Positions 54,709 to 64,000 of a stretch of 64,000 nucleotides of DNA are shown here, one piece after another. Each line of letters opens with the position of its first letter. Positions within the stretch are counted from its first letter, which is position 1. The DNA comes from a virus (Duplodnaviria > Caudoviricetes): positions 35,286 through 99,285 of IMG/VR virus record IMGVR_UViG_2855946969_000005; one strand, written 5' to 3'. Made by a program: the position numbers and the translations under genes. The notes beneath the pieces were generated by a model, which saw only the letters and a list, made by a program, of their open reading frames with translations, had not been told where the DNA came from and did no database searches.

Positions 54709-55526
54709 TGGCCAGCACCGAACCCCGCACCGTCCGCGGCCCCGACTACCAGGCCAGCGAGGACGACCTGATCCGCGCCCACTATCCCCGCCGTGGCGCG
54801 CAGTGGTGCTCCGACCGCCTTCCCGGCCGCACGGTCAACTCGGTCTATGGCCGGGCTCGCGCGCTCGGCGTCGCGACGGCGCGCGAGGTGGTGCGGATCA
54901 CCACCACGCCCCTCATCGACGCGATGATCCAGGCGGCCTACCGCGGCGCGCGTCCGCGCGGCTTCGTCGGAGCGCTCGCCCGCAGGACTGCCCGCCCCGA
55001 TTGGTGGATCCCCCGGCGCGCGGCCGAACTCGGCCTCACCCCTTCCCGCGATCAGCGCACGTGGAGCCAGGAGGAGCAGGACTACGCGGACGCTCACCCG
55101 CTCGACGCCCCCGCGGTGCTCGCCAAGAAGATGCGCGCGCACGGCTGGCACCGGACGCCCGGGGCGATCGCGTGGCGGCGCGCGCACGGTCAGGTGGAGC
55201 GCTTCGACAGCGAGCGCTTCACCGCCGCGGGCCTCGCCGAGGTGATGGGCGTCGATCCCAAGATCGTCGTCGGCTGGATCCGCAACGGCTGGCTCGCCGC
55301 GCGCACGCGCTGGCAGCCGACCAAGGATAGCCCTGGGCGCGAGGGTTTCATCATCCACGAGCGCGACGTCGCCCGCTTCATCGTCGCCCACCCGACCCGC
55401 GTCAGCCTCGCCAAGCTCGAGCCGAACAAGGTCTGGCTGATCGACCTCCTCGCCCGCCACGCGCGCCCCGCCACCACCACCGGACGCCAGGGCAGCAAGC
55501 CCGCCGAACTCGGAGCCGCCGCATGA
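54708..55526 (+). CDS. Multi-HTH DNA-binding protein
   Basis: Repeated W/Y...E...R motifs and a MerR-like LAEVMGVD...V..WI..GWL.A. Confidence 0.6.
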   Translation: MASTEPRTVRGPDYQASEDDLIRAHYPRRGAQWCSDRLPGRTVNSVYGRARALGVATAREVVRITTTPLIDAMIQAAYRGARPRGFVGALARRTARPDWWIPRRAAELGLTPSRDQRTWSQEEQDYADAHPLDAPAVLAKKMRAHGWHRTPGAIAWRRAHGQVERFDSERFTAAGLAEVMGVDPKIVVGWIRNGWLAARTRWQPTKDSPGREGFIIHERDVARFIVAHPTRVSLAKLEPNKVWLIDLLARHARPATTTGRQGSKPAELGAAA

Positions 55527-55744
55527 CGCAGCACCGCGACATCACCCTGCCGTGCGCCGGGTACGCGGAATGGCGCTTCCGCATCGGCCGCACGGTCGAG
55601 GGCATCGCCGCCGGCGGATCCCATCGCATCCGCCGTCGTGACGAGGACGTCACCCGCGAACTCACGGCCGCTCACCGTCTCGCGAAGCTCACCACAGAAC
55701 AGGCGCCGGTCGCGGCGGCCGAAGATGCGGAGGACGTGGCGTGA
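55523..55744 (+). CDS. Hypothetical protein
   Basis: Coupled at both ends. Confidence 0.4.
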   Translation: MTQHRDITLPCAGYAEWRFRIGRTVEGIAAGGSHRIRRRDEDVTRELTAAHRLAKLTTEQAPVAAAEDAEDVA

Positions 55745-56217
55745 TCCTGCCCGACTACATGATTCGTGATCTACGCGTCGGCGAGGGCCGCCACGTGCTT
55801 GAGCCCTGGTCCGAGCGTACCGTTCAGAACGGCATGTCTTACGGCCTGTCCTGCGCAGGCTACGACATCCGCACGAAGCAGGGCGTGATCTTGCCGCCCG
55901 GCGGCTTCTCGCTGCTCTCGTCCATTGAGCATTTCCACATGCCGGACGACGTGATCGGCATCGTGCACGACAAGTCTACGTGGGCGCGTCGTGGGCTGGC
56001 CGCGCAGAACACCGTGATCGAATGCGGGTGGATCGGCTGGCTCACACTGGAAGTCAGCAATCACGGCGCTGATGTGATCGAGATATGCGAAGGTGATCCA
56101 ATCGCGCAGATCCTGTTTCATCAGATGACGGCGGCGCCAGAGCAGGTTTACAGAGGCAAATACCACAACCAGGCTGATCGTCCTGTCGGCGCTCTCTCCG
56201 AGGGAGATCTGGCATGA
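55741..56217 (+). CDS. dcd: dCTP deaminase / trimeric dUTPase family
   Basis: SYGLS..GYDIR, KSTWARRG, NTVIE.GW.G.LTLE, IAQ..F, Y.GKY..Q. Confidence 0.85.
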   Translation: MILPDYMIRDLRVGEGRHVLEPWSERTVQNGMSYGLSCAGYDIRTKQGVILPPGGFSLLSSIEHFHMPDDVIGIVHDKSTWARRGLAAQNTVIECGWIGWLTLEVSNHGADVIEICEGDPIAQILFHQMTAAPEQVYRGKYHNQADRPVGALSEGDLA

Positions 56218-56588
56218 GGACCCGCCGCCGCACCAACGCCCGCTACACCCGGGACGCTCTGGAGCGCGCCATCGCCCTGCACGACCGGGACGGCCTCACA
56301 TGGCCGGAGATCGCGGCCCTGCTGGGCTACCGGCAGAACTCGCTGGAATCCACGGTCTCGCGCTTCCGCCGCGGTCTCTGGGCGCCTGCACTCAACCGCC
56401 TGGCCGAACTCGATGCCGCCATGGAGCGGCTGATCCTCGCCGAGGGCGTCGTCACTGTCCCGGCGATCGCGCGGAGCTTCGGCCTGAAGCCCTGCACGGC
56501 GCAGCGCCGCCTCGCCCGCCGCGGGCTCGATCGCGAGATGCGCGAGGATCTCGCCGCGTCCTCCCACGATCTGCGGAGAGCCGCATGA
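56214..56588 (+). CDS. HTH protein
   Basis: GLTWPEIAALLG. Confidence 0.55.
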   Translation: MRTRRRTNARYTRDALERAIALHDRDGLTWPEIAALLGYRQNSLESTVSRFRRGLWAPALNRLAELDAAMERLILAEGVVTVPAIARSFGLKPCTAQRRLARRGLDREMREDLAASSHDLRRAA

Positions 56589-56673
56589 CCGCCTTCCATC
56601 TCAAGTCCCCCAAGTCCTTCCGGGACATGGCGTCTTATGCACGGGCACGGGTTGGAATGGACTGGAGGCGGGG

Positions 56674-57282
56674 ATGAGCGCTGCCGAACGCCTCATGGGC
56701 CGCGCCCGCATCGCTTACGCCGATCCGCCCTACATCGGGTGCGCGCACCTCTACCGGGACCACCCCGACTACGGCGGCGAGGTGGATCACGTCGCCCTGA
56801 TCGAGCGCCTTGAGGCCGAGTTCGATGGGTGGGTGCTGCATGCCGCGGCCACGCCCGACAGCATGGCGACCTTGGCGCCACTGGTGAAGGCGACCGGCGC
56901 TCGCTGGATGACGTGGGTGAAGGGCTTCGCTGCCTACAAGCGCAACGTCTCCGTGGCCTACGCCTGGGAGCCTGTCATCGTGAAGGCGGCCCGCAAGCCG
57001 GTCGTCAGCAAGCGCCTCGTCATGCGCGATTGGGTCGAGTGCCCGATCACACTGAGACGCGGGCTGACCGGCGCGAAGCCCGAGAAGGTCTGTCACTGGG
57101 CCTTCGAGATGGTCGGCGCCCGTCCCGACGATGACCTGTCCGACCTCTTCCCCGGCACGGGCGCCGTCACCGAGGCGTGGCGGACATGGCGCGGGAAGTT
57201 CGCGCTGCCGGACGGACCGCTGTTCAACGCGGCTCGCCCCACACGGCCCGACGCCCTGACCGATCAGCGAGGCCCGGCATGA
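56674..57282 (+). CDS. DNA methyltransferase (DPPY), orphan
   Basis: YADPPY, AKP, DLFPGTG.V. Confidence 0.78.
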   Translation: MSAAERLMGRARIAYADPPYIGCAHLYRDHPDYGGEVDHVALIERLEAEFDGWVLHAAATPDSMATLAPLVKATGARWMTWVKGFAAYKRNVSVAYAWEPVIVKAARKPVVSKRLVMRDWVECPITLRRGLTGAKPEKVCHWAFEMVGARPDDDLSDLFPGTGAVTEAWRTWRGKFALPDGPLFNAARPTRPDALTDQRGPA

Positions 57283-57500
57283 CCCAAGCCCCGATCCCTG
57301 CCGGTGGAGCGGTCGAAGCGGGGGCGAACAAGCCTCAGGTCTCCGGCGAGCACTACTGGATCTGGAAGGCGAAGCTGCCCGGCATCGTGCATTGCAAGTG
57401 GTGCGGCCTGACCCGCAGCCCGGCCGCTAAGGCTCGGCGATGTGAGCCCCTTCCCGCTGCCCGCGCCCTGCCCCTAACAGAGATGGAGGACCGCACATGA
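57279..57500 (+). CDS. Small CxxC protein
   Basis: H.W...CKWCG..R....C. Confidence 0.4.
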   Translation: MTQAPIPAGGAVEAGANKPQVSGEHYWIWKAKLPGIVHCKWCGLTRSPAAKARRCEPLPAARALPLTEMEDRT

Positions 57501-58831
57501 GCGAGAGCGTGACCCTGGCTGCCCTTCACGCAGCGAACAAGGCTCGGCAGACGGAATGGTGCGAAGGCGGAGCCCCTGAGCCCGATCTGGCCTTTCGCGG
57601 CAACGAGCTTGCCGGCGAGACGGGCGAGGCCTGCAACGTCATCAAGAAACTGGAGCGCGAGCGCCACGGATGGCGCGGCTCACGGGCCACCCCGGATCAG
57701 CTTGCCGAAGAACTGGCCGATGTCGTGATCTGCGCCGACCTGTGCGCGGTGACGGCCGGCATCGACCTCGGCGCGGCGGTCGTCGCCAAGTTCAACGCGA
57801 CCTCGGAGAAGGTCGGGCTGACGACACGACTGGAGCCCGCCGCCCTCGCCTCAACCGCCGGAGCCGGGGCGGGGGATTGGCAGCCGATCTGGACGGCGCC
57901 GAAGGACGGCGATCCGCTGGATCTCTGGGTTAAAGACCAGAATGAGTATGGCGGGGGCTATCGCGAGGCCGACGCCCGCTGGGCGCGCCCAAACCATACC
58001 TGCGGCGAGGCCGGTCACTACTGCGATAGTTGCCCGCCGAAGGGCAATCAGTGGTGCGACAACCTTGGGCGCTGGATCGAAGTAGATGATCCGGAGGAAG
58101 GCGGACGCCAGATCACGCATTGGCGTCGGCCCGCAGGCCCCGGTCAGTCTCCCGCCGTCCCGGACTCGCCCAGATCAGGGGCGGGGGACGATCTAGAACA
58201 GGCGACCGCCGACCAGATCAAGGCGGGGCTTGAGGTGTTCCAGGCCTCTCCCTCCGCCCCCGTCGAGCACGGGGTGGAGATCAGGCAAGCGATGGTTGTC
58301 GATCTCGCGTGTGCGATGCTGGACGAGGGCCCGGCAGGACAAGTCCCCATCGGGGTCGATGCTGCCTCGTTTGGTCGAGGTCAGCGCTCCGGATGGGACG
58401 CCGCTGTCTCAGAGTTCTTCCGCCGACTGTCCGCCCTCTCTCAGGGAGGTGGAGCGGGTCGATCCGAACGGGCGGTGGAGACCAGGGAGCGCGCTGGCGC
58501 CGTCTTCATCATCATCCGCACGACCGGTGAGTACTCGGACCGCTCAGAAGACCTGATCGCTGCGACCTTCGACGGCGAGGCTGCGAAGCGCTGGACCGAA
58601 GAGACGCAGAAGGTTTGCCAGACCCTGGCCGCAGAGACCAACCGCGCCTTCATCGAAGAGGGCTTTGAGGCCGAACAAGCCGCCCGCGCCGCCGCGAAGG
58701 CCCGATGCCCGGATCCGACGTTCGAGCCGTGGGGCGGCTACGCGGAGGACGTTCAGTACGGCATCCGGGAGATCAAGATTGGTCTTCCCGCCCCCGCTCA
58801 GTCGCCCAGCACCTCGGAAGAGGAGGGCTGA
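57497..58831 (+). CDS. MazG-like NTP pyrophosphohydrolase fused to DUF551-like and further domains
   Basis: ELAGETGEACNVIKK.ER...LAEELADVVI...KFN; WQPI.TAPKDG...ITHW. Confidence 0.8.
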   Translation: MSESVTLAALHAANKARQTEWCEGGAPEPDLAFRGNELAGETGEACNVIKKLERERHGWRGSRATPDQLAEELADVVICADLCAVTAGIDLGAAVVAKFNATSEKVGLTTRLEPAALASTAGAGAGDWQPIWTAPKDGDPLDLWVKDQNEYGGGYREADARWARPNHTCGEAGHYCDSCPPKGNQWCDNLGRWIEVDDPEEGGRQITHWRRPAGPGQSPAVPDSPRSGAGDDLEQATADQIKAGLEVFQASPSAPVEHGVEIRQAMVVDLACAMLDEGPAGQVPIGVDAASFGRGQRSGWDAAVSEFFRRLSALSQGGGAGRSERAVETRERAGAVFIIIRTTGEYSDRSEDLIAATFDGEAAKRWTEETQKVCQTLAAETNRAFIEEGFEAEQAARAAAKARCPDPTFEPWGGYAEDVQYGIREIKIGLPAPAQSPSTSEEEG

Positions 58832-58833
58832 CG

Positions 58834-59442
58834 ATGGCTTCCTACGACGACATCAAGCGCATAGCAGCGCTGAGCTTCACCAACCACGCCATCACCGAGG
58901 CCCCGGCCCGCTCTTGGCGGCTCGGCAAACCCGGTACGAGCGTCTACGCCTTCCGCGTCACCTGGGCGCCCGGCATGGTGGCGCTCTCAGGCGACGTGGG
59001 AACGGTAGTCTACGAGATCTGGCCGGCATTCAACACGCTGGAAGGTGCGATCGACCTCGTGGCGCAGGCTGATTTTTCGTACCTCGCCAGCAAGAGCGGG
59101 GTCGATAAGGAATTTGATAGAGAGGCCACGGTCGCCGACCTGATCCGGTACGCCTACGACGGCAAGCGGCAGGGCTGTCGGGAGCGACTGTTCGCGCAGC
59201 TATGTGACGAGTACGGCGGCGACCCAGACAACGTCGTAGATCGCAAGGAAGCTGTTCGAGCTTTCCGCGATGACGACAGCCTGAGTGCTGAGCGCATCTA
59301 CGGCATCACGGGTGACGCGGAAGATCTGCGCTACAGCCTGCCGCCCGGCGCCCGGTGGGCTTTTGAGGCAGTGAAGTTCTGGGCCGAGACCATGCGTACG
59401 CCCACTCCCTCTCCCGACACCATGGGGGCGAACCGTGGGTGA
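58834..59442 (+). CDS. Hypothetical phage protein
   Basis: WRL.KPGTS.Y.F....PG....SGD.G...Y.ASK. Confidence 0.6.
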   Translation: MASYDDIKRIAALSFTNHAITEAPARSWRLGKPGTSVYAFRVTWAPGMVALSGDVGTVVYEIWPAFNTLEGAIDLVAQADFSYLASKSGVDKEFDREATVADLIRYAYDGKRQGCRERLFAQLCDEYGGDPDNVVDRKEAVRAFRDDDSLSAERIYGITGDAEDLRYSLPPGARWAFEAVKFWAETMRTPTPSPDTMGANRG

Positions 59443-59743
59443 ACTGGCCATCGCAATCCGCACCACCTACCGCGTCGATATGGGCGACGTGCTTTCGCGC
59501 GTGACGCTCAAGGCTCCGATGAAGGCGGCCCGCAAGGAGGTTCGCTTTGAGGTGCAGCACCTGATTTACGAGATGTGCGACCGGTTGTTGGACTGCCCGC
59601 CGCTCACGGAACAGTACCTCGCGTGGCACCTCTGCCGAGAAGGGATCGCCGATCCGCTGCCGGGGCATGAGCCGCCAGGATGGGAGCAGATCCTGCGCGA
59701 CCGGGCGGAATTTGAAACCTCTGATCCGGAGCCCTCCCGATGA
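59435..59743 (+). CDS. Hypothetical protein
   Basis: Operon packing. Confidence 0.45.
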   Translation: MGELAIAIRTTYRVDMGDVLSRVTLKAPMKAARKEVRFEVQHLIYEMCDRLLDCPPLTEQYLAWHLCREGIADPLPGHEPPGWEQILRDRAEFETSDPEPSR

Positions 59744-60300
59744 GCGAGACACAACCCGACCTCCGGGAGGCGCTGGCACGCGCTGCGACCGTTCTCATCT
59801 GTAAAGGCGCGTGCCTGATCCCGAGCATGTGCGCGATGTGCGATGCCCGGAAACAGCAGGCCATCAAGGCCCTGTCCGCGCAGATCGAACCGATCCTCGC
59901 CCAGGTCTCTGCCCTGCAAGCCGAGGTGGAGCGCCTTCAGAAGGTCGAAGGGGAGAGGGGAAGACTTGAGCGCGTGACTTCGTCACCGGGCTACTCATCT
60001 TCGACAGAGCCGCAAAGCGTCTCTGCCCTGACGGGCGAGTATCACTCGCGCGAGAGCGTCGAGATTTTGCATGGCAAGATCAAGAACGCGAGGGCCTATG
60101 CTGATCGTGAAGACTTTCTGCTGTCAACGATCTGCCCGTCATCCGAAGAAACTGATATATTATTGCGCGCGTTATCGGAATACGCGCAAGCCGCGCAAGG
60201 GACGGAAGCCCGGCAGGGCCGAGACGCTTGCAGCTCGGTTCACGACGGCCCGGTCGCCACCGCTAGTACGGCAATCAAGAACCGCAGCGAGGCCACATGA
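59740..60300 (+). CDS. Hypothetical protein
   Basis: Coupled ORF; its 3' end contains a structured repeat. Confidence 0.45.
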   Translation: MSETQPDLREALARAATVLICKGACLIPSMCAMCDARKQQAIKALSAQIEPILAQVSALQAEVERLQKVEGERGRLERVTSSPGYSSSTEPQSVSALTGEYHSRESVEILHGKIKNARAYADREDFLLSTICPSSEETDILLRALSEYAQAAQGTEARQGRDACSSVHDGPVATASTAIKNRSEAT

Positions 60301-60445
60301 GGCCAACACAGCGTGTCTACGCCCTGACGGAGCGCATGGGCCGAATAATAGTTCGGCGCTCATTCGTTACAACCGACATCGCGCCATGTGATCGAAGCCC
60401 CGCAGGGGCCGAGACCGGGACGGGCTCGGTTCACGAGAGCACGGT
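60199..60445 (+). repeat. Two copies of a ~55-nt two-hairpin element (60199-60254 and 60388-60445)
   Basis: GAAGCCC-loop-GGGCCGAGAC-loop-GCTCGGTTCACGA..GC.CGGT; stems conserved, loops vary. Confidence 0.7.
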
Positions 60446-60510
60446 GACTGGCGCAGCCAGGCAGGCGCCCTCCGACAACCCACTCACCGAGACAAAGGAG
60501 GGCTCAGAGC

Positions 60511-60846
60511 ATGTCTGACACCCCTCTGGTCAAAGCCGTGCTCACCCTCTTGGAGGTGATGAGCGCTGAGGAGCGCTCCTCCGTTCAGCAGCACATGGAC
60601 ACGCTGGGCTTGCCGCTCACCGCCAAGTCCGGCTCGGTCCTACGGCTCGTTGGCGGCCTATTCCCGCCCGGGGTCGTCCTGCGTGTGCCGGATGCCATCG
60701 CGGCGTGTCAGGCTGAACGCCCTGAGACCTCGGAGAAGGAGGTCTACAACGCCCTCGGCTACCTGACCCGCCGGCACAAGATCCGGCGCGTCTCGCAGGG
60801 CGCCTACACCGCCATCGAAGCCGCGGAGCCCTCCCATGCCCGATAG
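60511..60846 (+). CDS. Winged-helix protein
   Basis: KEVYNALGYLTRRHKIRRVSQGAY. Confidence 0.6.
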   Translation: MSDTPLVKAVLTLLEVMSAEERSSVQQHMDTLGLPLTAKSGSVLRLVGGLFPPGVVLRVPDAIAACQAERPETSEKEVYNALGYLTRRHKIRRVSQGAYTAIEAAEPSHAR

Positions 60847-61090
60847 CCTTCCCCCTGAAGACGAGATCGCGCGCCTGCGGGCGGAGAATGAGGAACTGAG
60901 GGCCGAACTTGAGCGGCGGGGCGGCCGGCGCTGCCCGTTCCCGGCTCTGGACATCAAACCGGAGGAACCCTGCCCGGTTTGCGGCGACCTCGGCACCTTC
61001 ACCCATGAAAGCATGGACAAGCCGAACAACTGTGTGGAACGCCCGGTGCCGCGTCCCAACGCTTGGTTCGGAGGTTGCCATGCCCGATAA
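60836..61090 (+). CDS. Small CxxC protein
   Basis: EIARLRAE...PCPVCG. Confidence 0.45.
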   Translation: MPDSLPPEDEIARLRAENEELRAELERRGGRRCPFPALDIKPEEPCPVCGDLGTFTHESMDKPNNCVERPVPRPNAWFGGCHAR

Positions 61091-61349
61091 CCCCGAGATC
61101 GCACGGCCGCGGGCGGAGACAGAGAGATTGAGCTCCATGAGGAAGATGGTGGCTCAAAAGCGCGCGAGCGTCCGTGCTTCAGAGAGCGAGGGGGATCGGC
61201 GCGCATCCGTTGCCGGACTTCTGGCTGCAGCACAGCCAACCATCAGCAGGCAGGGCACGCTCATCATGCTCGACTGCCCGGATGGGACGATCACGGATGA
61301 TCTGTTCGATGCGCTGGAACTGGCATCTGGAGCGGTAGAAGCGCCCTGA
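61080..61349 (+). CDS. Hypothetical protein
   Basis: GGAGG RBS. Confidence 0.45.
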   Translation: MPDNPEIARPRAETERLSSMRKMVAQKRASVRASESEGDRRASVAGLLAAAQPTISRQGTLIMLDCPDGTITDDLFDALELASGAVEAP

Positions 61350-61452
61350 ACGCCGGTCTCGCCTGCAGGTTCCTCCCCAGGCGAATCCGCGCCCGAGCTT
61401 GTGCCTGGCTTGCGGGGGACTCGACTCCTTGTCCCGAATCGGTCTCATCTCT

Positions 61453-61497
61453 TCGCTAGCGGTGGTATGGCGTAATCTGCCGATTTACCGCTAGCGA
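61453..61497 (+). promoter_or_regulatory. Inverted repeat upstream of repA (candidate autorepression operator)
   Basis: TCGCTAGCGGT...ACCGCTAGCGA, perfect 11-bp arms. Confidence 0.6.
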
Positions 61498-61505
61498 GAA
61501 GGGCC

Positions 61506-62735
61506 ATGAACCAGCACGTCCCCGTGGAAGGCGCCGACGCGCACTCCAACCAGATCGCGGCGGCCCATGCCCGGCTGCTCGGCGGCAAGCTGCAGGATCT
61601 CGCGGCCGGGTTCTACCCGCCTACCGCGGAAAAGACCCTGCGGCGATTCTCGGCCGGCGAGACGGCGCGCCTGCTCGGCATCACCGAGGTGCGGCTGCGG
61701 CAGCTCCCCTTCGACCGGCTGACCCCTGATCTCGAGATCGGGCCGGCCGGGCGCCGCTACTTCACCCTCGCCGAGATCCACGCGGTCCGCCGCCATCTCC
61801 ACGAGATCGACCGGGTGGGGCGGGGCTACCTCCCCCACCGCGACGCGGACAAGGGCGAGCACCTGCAGGTCATCGCGCTCACGAACTTCAAGGGCGGCTC
61901 GGCCAAGACCACGCACACGGCCGGGCTCGCCCACTACCTCGCGCTTCATGGCTACCGAGTGCTGGCGATCGACGCCGACCCACAGGCCTCGCTCTCGACC
62001 CTACTCGGTGTCCGGCCCGACGACAGCGGCCCGACCATCTACGACGCGGTGCGCTACGGCGAGGGCCAGCGCCCGATGCGGGAGGTGATCCGGCCGACCT
62101 ACTTCGCCGGGCTCGACCTCGCCTCGGCGAACCTCGAGCTTGAGGAGTTCGAGTTCTACGCGCCTCTGATGTCGAGCCCGGACCGGCGCCGGTCGGCGGG
62201 GGCGCCCTTCTTCGCCCGGCTCCCCGTGGCGATCGAGAGCGTCGCGGCCGACTACGACGTGGTGGTGATCGATTGCCCGCCGCGGCTGGGCTACTTCGCC
62301 ATCTCGGCCCTCTGCGCGGCCACCGCCACCCTGATCACCGTCCACCCGCAGATGATCGACCTCGCGTCGATGCGGCAGTTCCTCACGATGATGAGCGACC
62401 TGATGGAGACGGTGCAGGAGGAGGGCGCCCCGCCGCCGGCCCAGGACTGGTTCCGCTACCTCGTCACCCGCTACGACCCGCAGAGCGTGCCGCAGACCTC
62501 GGTGGTCGGCATGCTGCAGGATCTGTTCGGCAGCTACGTCCTCCCGAGGGCGATGCTGCAGACCCCGGCCGTCTCGACCTCGGGCTTGGTCGGGCAGACG
62601 ATCTACGAGACCCCGCTCGGCAAGGACCGCAGCGACGAGGTGAGCCGAGCCACGTACCGCCGCGCGCTCGACGCCTTGGACGATGTGAACCGTGAGATCG
62701 AGACCCTGATCCGCCGTGCCTGGGGTCGGGCATGA
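61506..62735 (+). CDS. repA: Plasmid partition ATPase RepA
   Basis: EKTLRRF, NFKGGSAKTT, IDADPQAS, DCPP, TVHPQM.D, LIRRAWGR. Confidence 0.95.
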   Translation: MNQHVPVEGADAHSNQIAAAHARLLGGKLQDLAAGFYPPTAEKTLRRFSAGETARLLGITEVRLRQLPFDRLTPDLEIGPAGRRYFTLAEIHAVRRHLHEIDRVGRGYLPHRDADKGEHLQVIALTNFKGGSAKTTHTAGLAHYLALHGYRVLAIDADPQASLSTLLGVRPDDSGPTIYDAVRYGEGQRPMREVIRPTYFAGLDLASANLELEEFEFYAPLMSSPDRRRSAGAPFFARLPVAIESVAADYDVVVIDCPPRLGYFAISALCAATATLITVHPQMIDLASMRQFLTMMSDLMETVQEEGAPPPAQDWFRYLVTRYDPQSVPQTSVVGMLQDLFGSYVLPRAMLQTPAVSTSGLVGQTIYETPLGKDRSDEVSRATYRRALDALDDVNREIETLIRRAWGRA

Positions 62736-63742
62736 GCAAGAGCATTCGGGATCTGATGTCCCGCCGCGTGGCTGAGCCCGCAACGGACAGCCCGCCCTCA
62801 ACGGGATCAACGACTTCACCCCCCTTACCAGGTGGTAATTCGCCCTCCCCTCGCCGCACCGGTGCAGCCCGCTCGTTCGGCGCCGCGTGGCAGGCGCAGG
62901 AACAGGCTCGGGCCGTAGCCGACGCCGAGCGCGACGGCAGCGTGGTCGAGCTCGATCCGGAGATCTGCGATCCTTCAGCTATCGCGGACCGGGTGCCCGA
63001 CACCACGGACGCCGCCTTCGACGCTTTCGTGGAGCAGATCCGGGAGGAGGGCCAGCGCAGTCCGGCCCTGGTGCGGCCGAAACCCGGCGAGCCCGGGCGC
63101 TACGAAATCGCCTATGGGCGTCGGCGGCGCCGGGCCGCGCAGATCCTCGGCCGGCCGCTGCGCGCCATCGTGCGCCCGCTCAGCGACACGGAGCTCGTTA
63201 TCGCGCAGGGATCGGAGAACCTCGCCCGCGCCGACCTCAGCTACATCGAGCGCGCGCACTTCGCGCGGAACATGGTCCAGGCCGGCGTGGCGCGCGAGAC
63301 GATCGCGAAGGCAATGGGCACGCAGGCGACCCACCTCTCCAGCTTGCTCACGGTCGCCGACGCGATCCCCGCCCCCGTGCTCGCCACCATCGGCCCGGCA
63401 CCGAAGATCGGCCGGCCGAACTGGCTCACGCTCGCCGACCGGATCAAGACCGCGAGCCCAGAGCAGATCGACACCGCCATCGCCTCCCCCGACCTCGCCG
63501 GCAAAGCATCGGACGAGCGGTTCGCCGTGGTGTTGGCCGCGCTCACCGTGGTGCCGAAGCCAAAGGCGAAGCCGAGAGCCGAGACGCTGAAGGACCCCAA
63601 GGGCCGGAAGTACGCGCGCGTCGAGCGCAGCGCGACCGGCCTCCGCGTGACGGTTGAGGAGGCTGCCGAGCCCGGCTTCGGCGACTACCTCGCCCAGCGC
63701 ATCCCCGAGATCCTGGCCGCCTACCGGGCGAGCAAGGGCTAA
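62732..63742 (+). CDS. repB: Plasmid partition protein RepB (ParB family)
   Basis: GQ..P.LVRP, YEIAYGRRR, AQG.EN.AR.DLSYIERA.FA, IGPAPKIGRP.W. Confidence 0.95.
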   Translation: MSKSIRDLMSRRVAEPATDSPPSTGSTTSPPLPGGNSPSPRRTGAARSFGAAWQAQEQARAVADAERDGSVVELDPEICDPSAIADRVPDTTDAAFDAFVEQIREEGQRSPALVRPKPGEPGRYEIAYGRRRRRAAQILGRPLRAIVRPLSDTELVIAQGSENLARADLSYIERAHFARNMVQAGVARETIAKAMGTQATHLSSLLTVADAIPAPVLATIGPAPKIGRPNWLTLADRIKTASPEQIDTAIASPDLAGKASDERFAVVLAALTVVPKPKAKPRAETLKDPKGRKYARVERSATGLRVTVEEAAEPGFGDYLAQRIPEILAAYRASKG

Positions 63743-63786
63743 CCCCGCCGATCCACCATCGAACTGAAAGGAGACGAGGACACCGC

Positions 63787-63843
63787 AAAAAGAAAGGGCC
63801 CACCGAACCGAAGTCCGGCAGACCCTCTCTATCGTCTGGACAA
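63787..63843 (-). ncRNA. repABC counter-transcribed RNA (ctRNA)
   Basis: repB-repC intergenic; minus-strand ATGTGATTCT -10 region; hairpin ending in CCCTTTCTTTTT. Confidence 0.7.
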
Positions 63844-63949
63844 CGACAGAGAATCACATCTCCCGGCACATCGCAAGGCTGAACCCCGCCGACCACGCGT
63901 AATCGCGTGACGGCGAACGCCCGATCTTGGCCCGGTGCTCGACCTGAGC

Positions 63950-64000
63950 ATGACCCTCCACATCACGACGCCCTTCGGGCGGCGATCGCTGACGGCTGCG
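63950..64000 (+). CDS. repC: Replication initiator RepC, N-terminus (truncated by the window end)
   Basis: MTLHITTPFGRRSL, the RepC TTPFGRR signature. Confidence 0.88.
   Translation, partial: MTLHITTPFGRRSLTAA

Overview
A ~64 kb slice of a GC-rich temperate myovirus-type prophage or phage-plasmid of an alphaproteobacterium. A Methylobacterium-like host is inferred from the GC content, the MucR type, repABC and the LexA-box type. Minus strand 1-14.2 kb is a head/tail/packaging module (tape measure, frameshifted chaperone pair, tube, sheath, neck, DUF2184 capsid, DUF2213 protease, F protein, DUF1073 portal, terminases). 14-31 kb is a late-leader and accessory region: methyltransferase, small secreted proteins, two related tRNA-shaped RNAs, serine recombinase, solo TnpB, SLOG, HD hydrolase, HNH, ThyX, MucR. 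32-35 kb is a cargo-carrying ISL3 element that splits a PcfJ-like gene. 36-46.7 kb is the early replication arm (DUF1376 initiator, DnaB, MTase, exonuclease, PAPS-reductase-like, VRR-NUC, AAA, GapR-like). 46.7-47.9 kb is a lambda-like cro/cI switch with four GCTAC-N5-GTAGC operators. 48-61 kb is the opposite early arm, ending in repABC where an integrase usually sits. Most notable: (i) a tandem pair of homologous tRNA-shaped RNAs behind a promoter with a perfect LexA box; (ii) a catalytically intact, leaderless, LexA-box-controlled tnpB with omegaRNA and no tnpA; (iii) repABC phage-plasmid organisation. All product calls come from motif recognition and synteny by eye; no database search was run.
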